Of a stretch of 64,000 bases of DNA, positions 29,151-39,277 are shown piece after piece; positions within the stretch are counted from its first letter, which is position 1, and every line of letters starts with the position of its first letter. Below the pieces are notes generated by a model. It saw nothing but the letters and a program-made list of their open reading frames with translations. It did not search any database and was not told where the DNA came from. Made by a program: the position numbers and the translations under genes. Source of the DNA: an uncultured delta proteobacterium (GTDB lineage Bacteria; Myxococcota_A; UBA9160; UBA4427); the NCBI GenBank assembly GCA_963822965.1, contig CAWGJT010000005.1, positions 1,824,001-1,888,000 on the forward strand. Reading direction: 5' to 3'.

Positions 29151-29285
29151 GTGAGCGCGACCAAGAAGAACAGCATGTCCCACCGCAACCGCAACAAGTC
29201 GGCGAAGCGCCGCGCCCAGCTGAAGGCGAAGCACAAGCGCGTGCGGCTGCGCAAGAGCAAGGGCGAGCGCTCCACCTATCGCTGA
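29151..29285 (+). CDS. Small Lys/Arg-rich hypothetical protein (44 aa; alternative ATG 29175)
   Basis: Nearly all codons end in G/C; sits in an intergenic gap; KKNSMSHRNRNKSAKRRAQLKAKHKRVRLRKSKG. Confidence 0.6.
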   Translation: MSATKKNSMSHRNRNKSAKRRAQLKAKHKRVRLRKSKGERSTYR

Positions 29286-29362
29286 GCGCCGGTCGCCGAG
29301 ACCGGTCGCCCGTCAGCGCGACCGCTCTTCGGCACCGGCCAGGACGACACCGCCTCGCCGAT

Positions 29363-30287
29363 CTAGGACGAAACCGCCTCGCCGAGCTCGGAGACCGCGC
29401 GGTCGATGGCCGCGTCCACGGCTCGCTCCCACGTCGTGGCGTCGTCGGTGTCGCCGGCGTCGGGGAAGAGCAGCCCGCGCGACGAGCTGACGACGCCCCC
29501 TTCGAGACCGCCCGGCCCCGGCACGAAGCCCGCCACCGCCTGGCGGGCGTCCGCACCCTGAGCGCCGTAGCCCGGCACCAGGAACACGGCGCGCGGCAGC
29601 GCCTCGCGCACCGCGCGCGCCTCCTCGGGCCAGGTCGCCCCCACCACCGCACCGAGCGAAGACCACCCCGTGCCCGGGCCGCGCAGCTCCTCCGCCCGCG
29701 GCGCCAGCGCCACGGGCCAGGGCGTGGAAGAGCGGTGCGCCCTTCACCTCGAGGTCCTGCAGATCGCCCGCACCCGGGTTGCTGGTGCGGACCAGCACGA
29801 AGACCCCGCGGCCGAAGGCGCGCGCCCGCTCGAAGTACGGCTCCAGGGTGTCGAGGCCGAGGTAGGCGTTCACGGTGAGCGCTTCGGCGGCCAGCGGCGC
29901 GTCGGGCTCGAGGTAGGCGCGCGCGTAGGCATCGGCGGTGGATCCGATGTCGCCGCGCTTGGCGTCGAGCAGCACCAGCAGGCCGCGCTCGCGGGCGCGC
30001 GTGATGACGTCGGCGAGAACCGCCACGCCGGCGGGCCCCATCTGCTCGTAGAAGGCGCTCTGGGGCTTCACGACCGCCGTGCGACCTTCCAGACGATCGA
30101 CGAAGGCCAGCAGGAAGGCGCGCACCGCCTCGGCGGTGGCCGGATCCCCGGGCGCCATCCCGCCCTTGCGAAAGAGCGAGGGGATGCGGTCCAGGTGGGG
30201 ATCGAGACCGACGCAGAGGGGGTGTCCCAGATCCCGGACGCGTGAGATCAGGGCGTCCGCGAAGTGGAAGGCTCGGGATTCGCTCAA
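29363..30287 (-). CDS. pyrF: Orotidine-5'-phosphate decarboxylase with a frameshift near 29716
   Basis: LCVGLDP, KPQSAFYE, LDAKRGDIGST and RTSNP, then GAVVGAT, LVPGYGAQG and SSRG in another frame. Confidence 0.9.
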
Positions 30288-30345
30288 GACGAGTCGCTCC
30301 TCGAGGGCCGCAGGGTAGCAGACCGGAGCCGCTACCCTCGCCGGA

Positions 30346-31569
30346 ATGTCCCAGGCGCACGGCGAACCCGAAGCCCCCGAAGCGCCCTTCCGCTTCACCC
30401 TCGAGGCCACCTCCGGCGCCGCGCGCGCCGGACGCTTCACCACGCCGCACGGCGCCTTCGAGACCCCGGCCTTCATGCCCGTCGGCACCCACGGCGCCGT
30501 CAAGGCGATGACCCCGGGCCAGGTGCGCGCGACCGGGGCGCAGATCGTGCTCTCGAATACCTATCACCTGTCCCTGCGTCCGGGCGAGGCGCTCGTCGCC
30601 AAGCTCGGCGGGCTGCACGGCTTCATGCGCTGGCCGGGTCCCATCCTGACCGACAGCGGCGGCTTCCAGGTCTTCTCGCTGCCGAACGTGGAGATCAGCG
30701 ACCGGGGCGCGCGCTTCGCCAACGAGATCACGGGCGACACCGTGGACCTCACCCCGGAACGGTCCATGGAGATCCAGAACGCCCTCGGCGCCGACATCAT
30801 GATGGCCTTCGACGAGTGCACGCCGTTTCCCGCCACGAGGGAGCAGGCCGAGACCGGGGTGCGCCGCACCCTGCAGTGGATGGAGCGCTGCATCGCCGCC
30901 CACGCGCGGCCCGGCGACCAGGCGCTCTTCCCCATCGTGCAGGGCGGCGTGCACCTCGACCTGCGCGGCCGCTGCGCGGAGGCGCTCGTCGCCCTCGACA
31001 TGCCGGGCTACGCGATCGGCGGCGTGTCGGTGGGCGAGGGTCACGAGCTGATGTGCCGGGTGACGTCGCACACCGCGCCGCTGCTGCCGGACCACAAGCC
31101 CCGCTACCTGATGGGCGTGGGCACCCCCGAAGACATCCTCGCCGCCGTCGGCTTCGGCATCGACATGTTCGACTGCGTGATCCCCACCCGCTACGCGCGC
31201 TCGGCCACGGTCTTCACGTCCCGCGGGCGCCTGCGGCTCACCAACCGACGCTACCGGCGGGACGCCTACCCGATCGACGTCTCCTGCGACTGCTCGGCCT
31301 GCGCGGGAGGCTTCTCGCGCGCCTACCTGCACCACCTCTTCGCGGCCAACGAGGTGCTTTCGGCGATCCTGTGCTCGATCCACAACGTGCACTTCTACCA
31401 GTCGCTCGTGCGCCAGGCGCGGGAGGCCGTCCGCCGGGACCGCTTTGCTTCGTTCCGAGAGGAGTTCCTCGCGAGCTACGGCGAGGCCGCCAGCTCGGAG
31501 AGAGGCGACGAAAAAGCCCGACCCGCGAAGAGAAGGTCTGGCGGCCGGCGCCCGAAACGGAAAGACTAG
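30346..31569 (+). CDS. tgt: Queuine tRNA-ribosyltransferase
   Basis: TPAFMPVGT, NTYHL, TDSGGFQVFSL, DMFDCV and CDCSAC...HN motifs. Confidence 0.96.
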   Translation: MSQAHGEPEAPEAPFRFTLEATSGAARAGRFTTPHGAFETPAFMPVGTHGAVKAMTPGQVRATGAQIVLSNTYHLSLRPGEALVAKLGGLHGFMRWPGPILTDSGGFQVFSLPNVEISDRGARFANEITGDTVDLTPERSMEIQNALGADIMMAFDECTPFPATREQAETGVRRTLQWMERCIAAHARPGDQALFPIVQGGVHLDLRGRCAEALVALDMPGYAIGGVSVGEGHELMCRVTSHTAPLLPDHKPRYLMGVGTPEDILAAVGFGIDMFDCVIPTRYARSATVFTSRGRLRLTNRRYRRDAYPIDVSCDCSACAGGFSRAYLHHLFAANEVLSAILCSIHNVHFYQSLVRQAREAVRRDRFASFREEFLASYGEAASSERGDEKARPAKRRSGGRRPKRKD

Positions 31570-31575
31570 GCGGCC

Positions 31576-32070
31576 ATGGGCCGAGGCGAAGCGTTCCTGA
31601 CTCCCGAAGAGGTGCTGCGGCGCCACACGAGCGGTCCGAAGACGGGCGTCTTCACGGACGGCTCGTGTGACGGCAACCCCGGCCCGGGCGGCTGGGGCTT
31701 CGTGTGGGTCGAGGACGACGAGATCGTCGCCGAGCGCCACGGCGAGGATCCCCAGACCACCAACAACCGCATGGAGCTGCGCGCGCTGATCGAGGCCTAC
31801 CGGGTGCTTCCCCGGGACGCGAAGGTCACCGTCCACTCGGACAGCCAGCTCTGCGTCAAGACCATCAACGAATGGGCGGCGGGCTGGGAGAAGCGCGGCT
31901 GGAAGCGCAAGACCGGCCCCATCGCGAACCTCGAGCTCGTGCAGGAGCTGTACCGGCTGGCGAAGGAGCACCCCGGTGTGAAGCTCCAGTGGATCCGCGC
32001 CCACGACGGCTCGAAGTGGAACGAGTACGCGGACGCGCTCGCGACCACGTCCCTGCGCGAGCGCCGCTGA
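31576..32070 (+). CDS. rnhA: Ribonuclease HI
   Basis: FTDGSCDGNPGPGGWG, TTNNRMEL, SDSQ and WNEYADALA motifs. Confidence 0.95.
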   Translation: MGRGEAFLTPEEVLRRHTSGPKTGVFTDGSCDGNPGPGGWGFVWVEDDEIVAERHGEDPQTTNNRMELRALIEAYRVLPRDAKVTVHSDSQLCVKTINEWAAGWEKRGWKRKTGPIANLELVQELYRLAKEHPGVKLQWIRAHDGSKWNEYADALATTSLRERR

Positions 32071-32080
32071 GCCGGGCCCC

Positions 32081-32752
32081 GTGATCCGCGCGCTCTTCCT
32101 GGACTTCGACGGGCTGGTGGTGGACACCGAGACCGCCGACTACGAATCCTGGCGCCACGTCTACGACGCGCACGGTGTGGAGCTGCCGCGCGCGCGCTGG
32201 GTGGAGGCGATCGGCAGCGACGGCTCGTCTTTCGAGCCCCTGGTCCAGCTGCGCGCGCTGGCGGGGGACGTCGACGAGGAGCACGTCACGCGCCTGCGCC
32301 GTGCACGGCGCGAGGAGCTCTTCGGCGGCCTGCGGCCGCTGCCCGGCGTGGTGGACTGGATGGGCGAGGCGCGCGCCGCGGGCCTTCCCATCGGCGTCGT
32401 CTCGAGCTCGCCGCGTTCGTGGGTGCGCGAGCACCTGGAGCGGGTCGCCCTGCACGACCACGTGGACTTCCTGATGACCCGGGACGATGTGCCGCGCGTG
32501 AAGCCCCATCCCGACCTGTATCTGCGCGCCCTCGACCACCTGGGCGTCGGGGCCGCGCACGCCATCGCGGTGGAGGACTCGCCCAACGGCCTGCGCGCCG
32601 CCCGGGCCGCCGGCCTCTTCTGCGTGGCGGTGCCCGGCCCCATGACCCGCGGCCTGGCCTTCGACGACGCCGGGCTCGTGCTCGGGAGCCTCGCCGAACG
32701 CACCCTGGCCGGCGTGATCGAGCTGCTGGCGCGATGGAGCGAGGGCACCTGA
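32081..32752 (+). CDS. HAD-superfamily phosphatase
   Basis: DFDGLVVDTE, KPHPD and EDSPNG motifs. Confidence 0.92.
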   Translation: MIRALFLDFDGLVVDTETADYESWRHVYDAHGVELPRARWVEAIGSDGSSFEPLVQLRALAGDVDEEHVTRLRRARREELFGGLRPLPGVVDWMGEARAAGLPIGVVSSSPRSWVREHLERVALHDHVDFLMTRDDVPRVKPHPDLYLRALDHLGVGAAHAIAVEDSPNGLRAARAAGLFCVAVPGPMTRGLAFDDAGLVLGSLAERTLAGVIELLARWSEGT

Positions 32753-32786
32753 GCCGTGCCGCGCTGGGGACGGGCGATTCCAGCGG

Positions 32787-33449
32787 CTACCGCGGCTCGA
32801 TCCGACGATCGAAGCGCTCCCAGCAGAGCTTCTCGTCCACGGACTCCCGGGGCGGTGTGCCGTAGCGACCCACCGGCCAGCCGATGGGAAGCAGCGCGCA
32901 GGTGGGCAGCTCGGGCGGCAGCCCGAGCCACGGGTCGAGCTCGTCGCGGAAGCCCGTGTGGAGCGTGGTGAGCGAGGCGCCCAGGCCCACCGCCCGGCAC
33001 GCCAGCAGGATGTTCTGGATCGCCGGAAACAGCGCCTGGGTCTGCTCGTGGCCGCGGCGCCGGAAGCCCGCCACGAACAGGTGGACGGGCGCCTCGTGCA
33101 GATGGTCGGCCAGGTGCAGGGCCGCCAGCGCGTTGCGCCGCTTGCGGGCGGGGAAGTCGGGCGCCTTCGCGGCCTCGAGGGCGGGCGCGATGTAGGCGCG
33201 GAACGCCTTGCGGTAGCGCTCCGCCACCCACGCCCGGCGCTCGGGCTCCGTCACCGCGATGAAGTACCAGGGCTGCCGGTTGCCGCCGCTGGGCGCGAAG
33301 GTGCCCGCCTCGCACACCTTGCGCACGAGGGCGCGCGGCACCGGGTCGGGCCGCAGCCGGCGGATGGCCCGGGTGGTGCGGATCCCCTCGAGGAGCTTCA
33401 CGTCCTCGCCGATGGTGGCGACGTCGATCTCCGGTGCGTCCGACGGCAC
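32787..33449 (-). CDS. Nitroreductase family protein
   Basis: RAIRR, APSGGNRQPW and AIQNILLACRAVGLG motifs. Confidence 0.88.
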   Translation of the reverse strand: MPSDAPEIDVATIGEDVKLLEGIRTTRAIRRLRPDPVPRALVRKVCEAGTFAPSGGNRQPWYFIAVTEPERRAWVAERYRKAFRAYIAPALEAAKAPDFPARKRRNALAALHLADHLHEAPVHLFVAGFRRRGHEQTQALFPAIQNILLACRAVGLGASLTTLHTGFRDELDPWLGLPPELPTCALLPIGWPVGRYGTPPRESVDEKLCWERFDRRIEPR

Positions 33450-33451
33450 GG

Positions 33452-33886
33452 CTACCTCCCGCCGCGGGGCAGGCTCGTCTTGCCCAGCTTCAGGATGTGG
33501 CGGAACTCCTTGCTCGTGAGCGGTACCACCGAAATGCGTCCCCGGCGCACCAGCGCGATCTCGCCGAGGTCGGGGTCGGCCTTGACCTCCGCCAGGGTGA
33601 CGGGCCGCTTCAGCGGCACCACGGGCTCGACGTCCACCACCACCCATCGCTCGTCGTCGCTGGTCGGGTCGGGGTACGACTCCTTCCGGACCCGCGCCAC
33701 GCCCACCACCTCCTTGCCCTCGTTGGAGTGGTAGTAGAGGACGAGGTCGCCCTTCTTCATGGCGGCCAGGTTGTTGCGGGCCTCGTAGTTGCGGACGCCG
33801 TCCCAGTGGGTGGAGCGGTCCTTCACGAGCTGGCTCCAGGGGTACTTGGCGGGCTCGGATTTGACGAGCCAGTAGCTCTGCGGCAT
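33452..33886 (-). CDS. EVE domain protein
   Basis: YWLVKSEP, WDGVRNYEARN and YYHS motifs. Confidence 0.92.
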   Translation of the reverse strand: MPQSYWLVKSEPAKYPWSQLVKDRSTHWDGVRNYEARNNLAAMKKGDLVLYYHSNEGKEVVGVARVRKESYPDPTSDDERWVVVDVEPVVPLKRPVTLAEVKADPDLGEIALVRRGRISVVPLTSKEFRHILKLGKTSLPRGGR

Positions 33887-33926
33887 GCGGTCCTCCATCG
33901 AGGGCGTGTAGGGTACCCTGCCGGCC

Positions 33927-34847
33927 ATGGGCTCACCCCTGGAAGATCGCGAGATCGGCCCCGTCACCGTGCTCTTCGGCGAGGGGGGCGGCAAGTATCC
34001 CGACGGCAACTCGCTGCTCGTCCGCGGCACCCGCGAGACGGCGATCGTCGATCCGTCCCTGGGCGTGGTCGCCCGGCGCGAGCGGCTGCCGCGCGTCGAC
34101 CGGGTCGTCAACAGCCACTGCCACGAGGACCACATCGCCGGCAACCACCTGTTTCCCGACGTGCCCTGGCACGTCCACGCCGCGGACGCCCCGGGCTTCC
34201 GCTCCCTCGACGACATGATGGCGATCTACGGCTACTCAGAGCCCGTGTCCAGCCAGTTCCGCGAGCGGGTCGTCGCGGACTTCCACTACGTGTCGCGGCC
34301 GGACGTCACTCCCTTCACGGACGGCGACCGCTTCGATTTCGGAGACGTCACCTTGCGGGTCGTCCACACGCCGGGACACACCCGCGGCCACTGCGTGCTG
34401 ATCGTCGAGTGGGGAGCCGGCGGGCCGGACGAGCGCCTCGTCTACCTGGGCGACATCGAGCTCTCGAGCTTCGGACCCTACTACGGGGACGCCTGGTCGA
34501 ATCTCGAGGACTTCGAGCGCAGCCTGCGCGCGGTGCGGCAGCTCGAAGCCACCTGGTACGCCACCTTCCATCACATCGGCGTCGTCGACCGCGAGACGTT
34601 CCTCGAGCGCCTCGACCGCTTCGAGACGAAGATCACCCTGCGCGAGCAGGCGCTCCTCGAGTACCTCGAGGTACCGCGCAGCCTGGACCAGATCGCCCAG
34701 CACCGCTTCGTGTACCGCCCGGGCCCCGCGGCGGAGTTCGTCGAGTGCGTGGAGCGACGCTCCATGGGCATGCACATCGAGCGCCTGATCGCCCAGGACC
34801 GCGTCGAGGAGATCGAGCCCGACCGCTACCAGACGGTGGACGTCTAG
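33927..34847 (+). CDS. MBL-fold metallo-hydrolase
   Basis: SHCHEDH, HTPGHT and GD motifs. Confidence 0.88.
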   Translation: MGSPLEDREIGPVTVLFGEGGGKYPDGNSLLVRGTRETAIVDPSLGVVARRERLPRVDRVVNSHCHEDHIAGNHLFPDVPWHVHAADAPGFRSLDDMMAIYGYSEPVSSQFRERVVADFHYVSRPDVTPFTDGDRFDFGDVTLRVVHTPGHTRGHCVLIVEWGAGGPDERLVYLGDIELSSFGPYYGDAWSNLEDFERSLRAVRQLEATWYATFHHIGVVDRETFLERLDRFETKITLREQALLEYLEVPRSLDQIAQHRFVYRPGPAAEFVECVERRSMGMHIERLIAQDRVEEIEPDRYQTVDV

Positions 34848-34901
34848 AAGCGTGATCCAGCGGTGATGGTCCCTGCCACGGCAATCCGAAGGATTGCCCG
34901 C

Positions 34902-36110
34902 TCAGCGCATCTCCGGCGGCGTGCGCGAGGTCATGAAGTCCCGGGCCAGGTAGGCGGTGAGGGGCCGCGGGCCGAGGCGCTGGGCGAAGTTGGCGCGCAG
35001 CCAGTTCCACCAGCCCGGGATCACCGACGGCTGCCCGCCGAGGCTGCGGAGGGCCTCCGCGACCACCTCCTCGGGCGGCACGCCGCCCTGGCTGATCTCG
35101 CTCGCTGCCTCCTGGAACTCGGTCTGCACGGGACCGGGCTCCAGCACCAGCACGTCGATGCCCTGCTCGCGCAGCTCGACGAAGAGCGCCTCGCCGAGGA
35201 AGAGGTCGAAGGCCTTGGTGGCCGCGTAGACGGCGTGATAGGGGATCGGCTGGTGGCCCGCCGCCGAGCCGGTGAAGAGCACGGCCCCCCGACCGCGCTC
35301 CACCATGCCAGGGACCAGGCGGCTCGTGAGCACGAGGGGCGCCTGGCAGTTCACGGCGATGAGCTTCTTCAGGCGGTCGCTGTCCTGCTTGTCGAGACGC
35401 CCCGCGTAGCCCAGGCCGGCGTTGTTGACCAACACCCCGATCTCGAGATCGCGCACCGCCTCGGCCAGTCGATCCGGCCCGTCGGCGTCCGCCAGGTCGA
35501 TGCCGACGGTGCGGGTGGAGACGTTGAAGCGCTTCTCGAGCTCGTCGGCGAGGGCGCGCAGCCGCTCCTCGCGGCGCGCCGTCAGCACCAGCGAGAACCC
35601 CTCCCGGGCGAGCGCGCGCGCGAACTCGACGCCGATTCCCGAGGAGGCGCCCGTCACCAGTGCCCACTCTCCGTAGCGTTCGGCGAGGGAGTGCGGGCCG
35701 CGCTCGAAGTGGTCGCCGGAGCTCCAGAAGCCGAAGGCGACGAGCGCGAACGGAATCGCCGACACCAGGCCGCCGAAGAAGCCGAGCACGCCGCCGACGT
35801 GCGCGACGCTCCACACGAACATCCCGAAGGCCACCTGGGCCGCGTAGGCCGTGCCCCAGAAGCGCATCCAGGGCCGGCGGCGGCGGAACCCGTACACGGC
35901 GGCGCCGTAGACGAACCAGTGGGGCAGCGCCATCACCTTGGCGGCCCAGCCCGTGAAGAGGATGCCGAACCACACCTCCTGGTCGGCCGCCACGGGCTTC
36001 CAGAAGAGGTCCCAGGGCACGTAGACGAAGGCCATCCAGCCACTGAAGACCAGCAGGAGGTTCATCCACCAGGGGCGGTCGTGGAAGATGTCGCGTAGCC
36101 AATCGCTCAT
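34902..36110 (-). CDS. SDR-family oxidoreductase fused to an N-terminal 4-TM domain
   Basis: TGASSGIG, VNNAG and YAATK motifs after ~135 hydrophobic residues. Confidence 0.85.
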   Translation of the reverse strand: MSDWLRDIFHDRPWWMNLLLVFSGWMAFVYVPWDLFWKPVAADQEVWFGILFTGWAAKVMALPHWFVYGAAVYGFRRRRPWMRFWGTAYAAQVAFGMFVWSVAHVGGVLGFFGGLVSAIPFALVAFGFWSSGDHFERGPHSLAERYGEWALVTGASSGIGVEFARALAREGFSLVLTARREERLRALADELEKRFNVSTRTVGIDLADADGPDRLAEAVRDLEIGVLVNNAGLGYAGRLDKQDSDRLKKLIAVNCQAPLVLTSRLVPGMVERGRGAVLFTGSAAGHQPIPYHAVYAATKAFDLFLGEALFVELREQGIDVLVLEPGPVQTEFQEAASEISQGGVPPEEVVAEALRSLGGQPSVIPGWWNWLRANFAQRLGPRPLTAYLARDFMTSRTPPEMR

Positions 36111-36160
36111 GGGAGGACTCCTGGGGCGCGATCCGAGACCGCAGCGTAGCCTAGGATGCG

Positions 36161-37231
36161 ATGACGGAGCCGAAACGCCTCTCGCTCGAGGAATTGGAGG
36201 CCTGCGGGGCGGACTTCGACCGCAGCGTCGAGCGGCAGTCGGACGTCGATCGCTTCTGCTCGCGCAGCGAGTGGATCCTCCCCTACCACCGCGCCTTCCT
36301 GCCCGAACGCGAGCCGTTCGTCTACCGCGGGGGCGCTGGCGAGGCGTCGTTCGCCGCGATGGCGGCCCGCGAGCATCCGGACGTGGGCCGGTACCTGGAG
36401 CCCTTCGAGAACATGTGGTGCTTCGCGTGCCCCCTCGTCGGACCCGACGCAGTGAGCCTCCTGGCCGCGGCGATCGCGGCGTGCGACGCGGGCCAGGCCC
36501 CGGGGCACCCGGGCACCCCTGTCGTGCTCGGGGGCATTCCGGCCTCGCGCGACCCCCAGGGCCTCGTGGCCTCGCTCGCCAGGGCCTTCGAGGATCGCTA
36601 CGAGCTGCGCGTGGTCGACGCCACGCAACGCTTCGTGGCGTCGCTCGAGGGTGGGATCGAGGGCTGGCTCTCCCGCCGGTCGCGGTCGTTCCGTCGCAAC
36701 CTGCGCGCCGCGCTGCGCATCGCGGAGGGCGACCCGCTGACCTTCGAGCACGTCCACGTGCCGGACGCCGCCGCGGCCCGCGACGTCTACGGGCGCCTGC
36801 TGGCCGTCGAGAAGAGGAGCTGGAAGCACGCCGAGGGCGGCGGCGTGGCCCGCGGCCCGATGCGCGCGTTCTATCGCGACATGCTTCCGCGTCTCGCCGC
36901 CCGGCGCGGGCTGCGGGTGGTAGTGGCCACGCGCGAAGGCGAGGACGTGGGCTACCTGCACGGGGGCCTCGTGGACGACCCCTCCGGCGGACGGCACTTC
37001 CGCGGGCTGCAGATGAGCTACGACCTGCGCTTCGCCCACCTCTCCCTGGGCAACCTGCTGCAGCACGAGATGCTGCGCGCGCTGTGCACGGAAGGCGTGC
37101 GGAGCTACGACCTGGGCACCCGGCAGGAGTACAAGCGCCGCTGGGCCGAGGAAGGACTCCTCACCCTCACGATCCTGATGCGAGCCGGCGACCTCAGTGC
37201 GCCGGCTTCTCCGCCGCCCGGTGGGGAATGA
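36161..37231 (+). CDS. GNAT-family acetyltransferase (CelD/BcsL-like)
   Basis: SRSFRRNLR, SLGNLL and YDLG..YKRRW motifs. Confidence 0.75.
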   Translation: MTEPKRLSLEELEACGADFDRSVERQSDVDRFCSRSEWILPYHRAFLPEREPFVYRGGAGEASFAAMAAREHPDVGRYLEPFENMWCFACPLVGPDAVSLLAAAIAACDAGQAPGHPGTPVVLGGIPASRDPQGLVASLARAFEDRYELRVVDATQRFVASLEGGIEGWLSRRSRSFRRNLRAALRIAEGDPLTFEHVHVPDAAAARDVYGRLLAVEKRSWKHAEGGGVARGPMRAFYRDMLPRLAARRGLRVVVATREGEDVGYLHGGLVDDPSGGRHFRGLQMSYDLRFAHLSLGNLLQHEMLRALCTEGVRSYDLGTRQEYKRRWAEEGLLTLTILMRAGDLSAPASPPPGGE

Positions 37232-37955
37232 AGAGGACGCAGGCAACGATGAACGCGACGAGCACCGCCGACGCCGAGTAGCGGCTCAGCGCCAGACCGC
37301 CGTCGGTGAGGGGCTTGTCGAGGAAGTCGCCGACGACGGCGCCCAGCGGTCGGGTCAGGATGAAGGCCGCCCAGAAGAGCTGGGTCTTCGAGACGTTCGA
37401 CCACAGATGGGCCGCCGCCACCACGGCCAGCAGGGCGCCGAAGAGGACCGCGCTCCCCGCATAGCCGAAGCCCGCGGAGTCGGCCGTCCAGTCGCCGAGC
37501 GCGGTGCCCAGGGTCTGGGAGAACATGATCGTGACCCAGTAGAAGAGCTCCTGCCGGGGCGTGCGGACCGTCTCGACCGAGACCGAGCCGAGCGACCAGT
37601 ACCAGACGGCAAGGGATGCGACGAGCAGGACGAGCAGCGCCGACGAGCCGCCGGCGTAGCCGATGCCCAGGGAACGGGTCGCGAAGTCGGCCAGCGTGGT
37701 GCCGACCGTCGTCGACGCGACGATCGTCGTCCAGTACAGGCCCGGATGGAAGCGCTTCGCCCGGATCTGTGCGGCCACCGCCAGCAGGAAGACGACCGCG
37801 AAGATGGCGGTGCCAACGAGATAGCCGAGGTCCATGGACATGGACACCGCGTCGCCGCCGGTCTCGCCCAGCGTCGTGGCTGCGATCTTGATGAGCCAGA
37901 AGACGAAGGTGACTTCGGGAACCTTGCTGCGACCGTGGTCCGCGGCGCGCTCCAT
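37194..37955 (-). CDS. COG4705/DUF347-family membrane protein
   Basis: KVPEVTFVFWLIKIAATTLGETGGD, TLGTALGD and FILTRPLGA motifs. Confidence 0.88.
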   Translation of the reverse strand: MERAADHGRSKVPEVTFVFWLIKIAATTLGETGGDAVSMSMDLGYLVGTAIFAVVFLLAVAAQIRAKRFHPGLYWTTIVASTTVGTTLADFATRSLGIGYAGGSSALLVLLVASLAVWYWSLGSVSVETVRTPRQELFYWVTIMFSQTLGTALGDWTADSAGFGYAGSAVLFGALLAVVAAAHLWSNVSKTQLFWAAFILTRPLGAVVGDFLDKPLTDGGLALSRYSASAVLVAFIVACVLFIPHRAAEKPAH

Positions 37956-37969
37956 CGTCGAGCCTGGGC

Positions 37970-38042
37970 CTCCCAAGAGGACAACGCTCAGCGTTGCCCT
38001 CGGGTTGCAGGTAAGCGCCCCAGCGGGGCGCTGACCGCTCAG
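37970..38042. repeat. Dispersed 73-bp two-hairpin intergenic repeat, family A copy 1
   Basis: 68/73 identical to 40550-40622. Confidence 0.9.
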
Positions 38043-38464
38043 GGCTTCTGGACGCTCTCGAGCGGGCGCTTCGTCGGCAGCTTGTCGCGCCGCCAGCCCT
38101 GCATGTCGCCTTCCAGGTGCTGCACGTTCTCGATGCCCGCCGCCTTCAGGGTCTTCTCCGCCTTGGCGGCCCGGCCCCCGCGCTCGCAGTAGACCACGAC
38201 CCGGTCCGGGTCGCGGTCCCGCACCTCGGAGATCCGCTCCGGAAGCTGGTCGTAGGGCACGTTGATGGCGCCCGGAACGTGGCCGCTCTCGTACTCCTTG
38301 GGCGTGCGCACGTCCAGCACCAGCAGCTTGGGGTCGGTCTTCATGGCCGAGATCAGCTCCTGGGGCTTCACCGTCGGCGTGTCGTCGCCGGCCTGCGCCG
38401 GTGCCGTTGCAACGAGCGCCAGCATCGCCAGGGCGAGCGGCGCCGTTCGGGAAATCCATCTCAT
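38039..38464 (-). CDS. Exported rhodanese-like protein
   Basis: Signal peptide; LDVRTPKEY, GHVPGA and YCERGGRA motifs. Confidence 0.9.
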   Translation of the reverse strand: MRWISRTAPLALAMLALVATAPAQAGDDTPTVKPQELISAMKTDPKLLVLDVRTPKEYESGHVPGAINVPYDQLPERISEVRDRDPDRVVVYCERGGRAAKAEKTLKAAGIENVQHLEGDMQGWRRDKLPTKRPLESVQKP

Positions 38465-38790
38465 CGTACGTCCTCCCAGTCTTCTCCGTAGTGAATGAAG
38501 ATCTCGCTTCCGGGCTGGATGTTGCGGATCGCATACAGATCCACGCCATCGAGCTCGGCATTGGGCTCGGCGGAGTGATTGAGGAAGCGCAGGTCGTTCT
38601 CGCCGCGGACGCCCCGCCGGCGGTCGTCCTCGTCGATCACCCAGAGCACGTGCTCTCCGTCCCGGGTCGTGTGCGCTCCCTCGAAGCGGCCGATGTAGCT
38701 GCCCGGCCGCAGCCGCGTCTGCGCGAAGAGCCCGCGCCCGTGCACCCCGCTCGGCCCCACGGCGACGCGTCGCGCGAGGGCGTCGCTCAC
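38461..38790 (-). CDS. Stand-alone SET domain protein
   Basis: HGRGLFA, RFLNHSAEPN and EIFIHYG motifs; 4-bp overlaps with both neighbours. Confidence 0.88.
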   Translation of the reverse strand: MSDALARRVAVGPSGVHGRGLFAQTRLRPGSYIGRFEGAHTTRDGEHVLWVIDEDDRRRGVRGENDLRFLNHSAEPNAELDGVDLYAIRNIQPGSEIFIHYGEDWEDVR

Positions 38791-39248
38791 GAGCGGCCTT
38801 CCGGGCTCTTGTCGGCGGCCGCTCGGGGCTCGCGTCCGTCCTCGGTGCGCAGCACCGGACCGCCGACCTCCAACCAGGCCGCGAAGCCGTCGTGCACGTG
38901 GCTCACCGGCGCGAGCCCCATGTCCTGGGCGGTGGCGGCGGCCAGCGCCGAGCGCCATCCGCTCTGGCAGTAGAAGACGAAGTGCCGGCCGCTGCCGAAG
39001 ACGTCCTTGTAGTAGGGGCTCTCCGGGTCGACCCAGAACTCGAGCATGCCCCGGGGCGCGTGCAGCGAGCCCGGGACGAAGCCCTCCCGGATGCGCTCGC
39101 GGATGTCGCGCAGGTCGATGAGCAGGGTGTCGTCGCGACCGACCAGCGCGATGGCGTCGACGGCGGAGACGCACGCCACCCGGGCGTTCGCCTCGGCCAC
39201 GAGCTGCATGGCGTTCTTGCGCGGGGTGGGGCTCGAGGACAACGGCAT
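38787..39248 (-). CDS. Rhodanese-like protein
   Basis: IDLRD, PRGMLEFW and YCQSGWRSAL motifs. Confidence 0.9.
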   Translation of the reverse strand: MPLSSSPTPRKNAMQLVAEANARVACVSAVDAIALVGRDDTLLIDLRDIRERIREGFVPGSLHAPRGMLEFWVDPESPYYKDVFGSGRHFVFYCQSGWRSALAAATAQDMGLAPVSHVHDGFAAWLEVGGPVLRTEDGREPRAAADKSPEGRS

Positions 39249-39277
39249 CTCCTTCTATGAAGACCGTCAGAAGACCG

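Noticed and set aside
29700..29730. Programmed ribosomal frameshift in pyrF
   Set aside because: No slippery heptamer, and similar indels occur in several unrelated genes, so sequencing error is more parsimonious.
33452..33886. EVE protein as part of a modification-dependent defence system
   Set aside because: Stand-alone EVE among housekeeping genes, with no nuclease or toxin partner.
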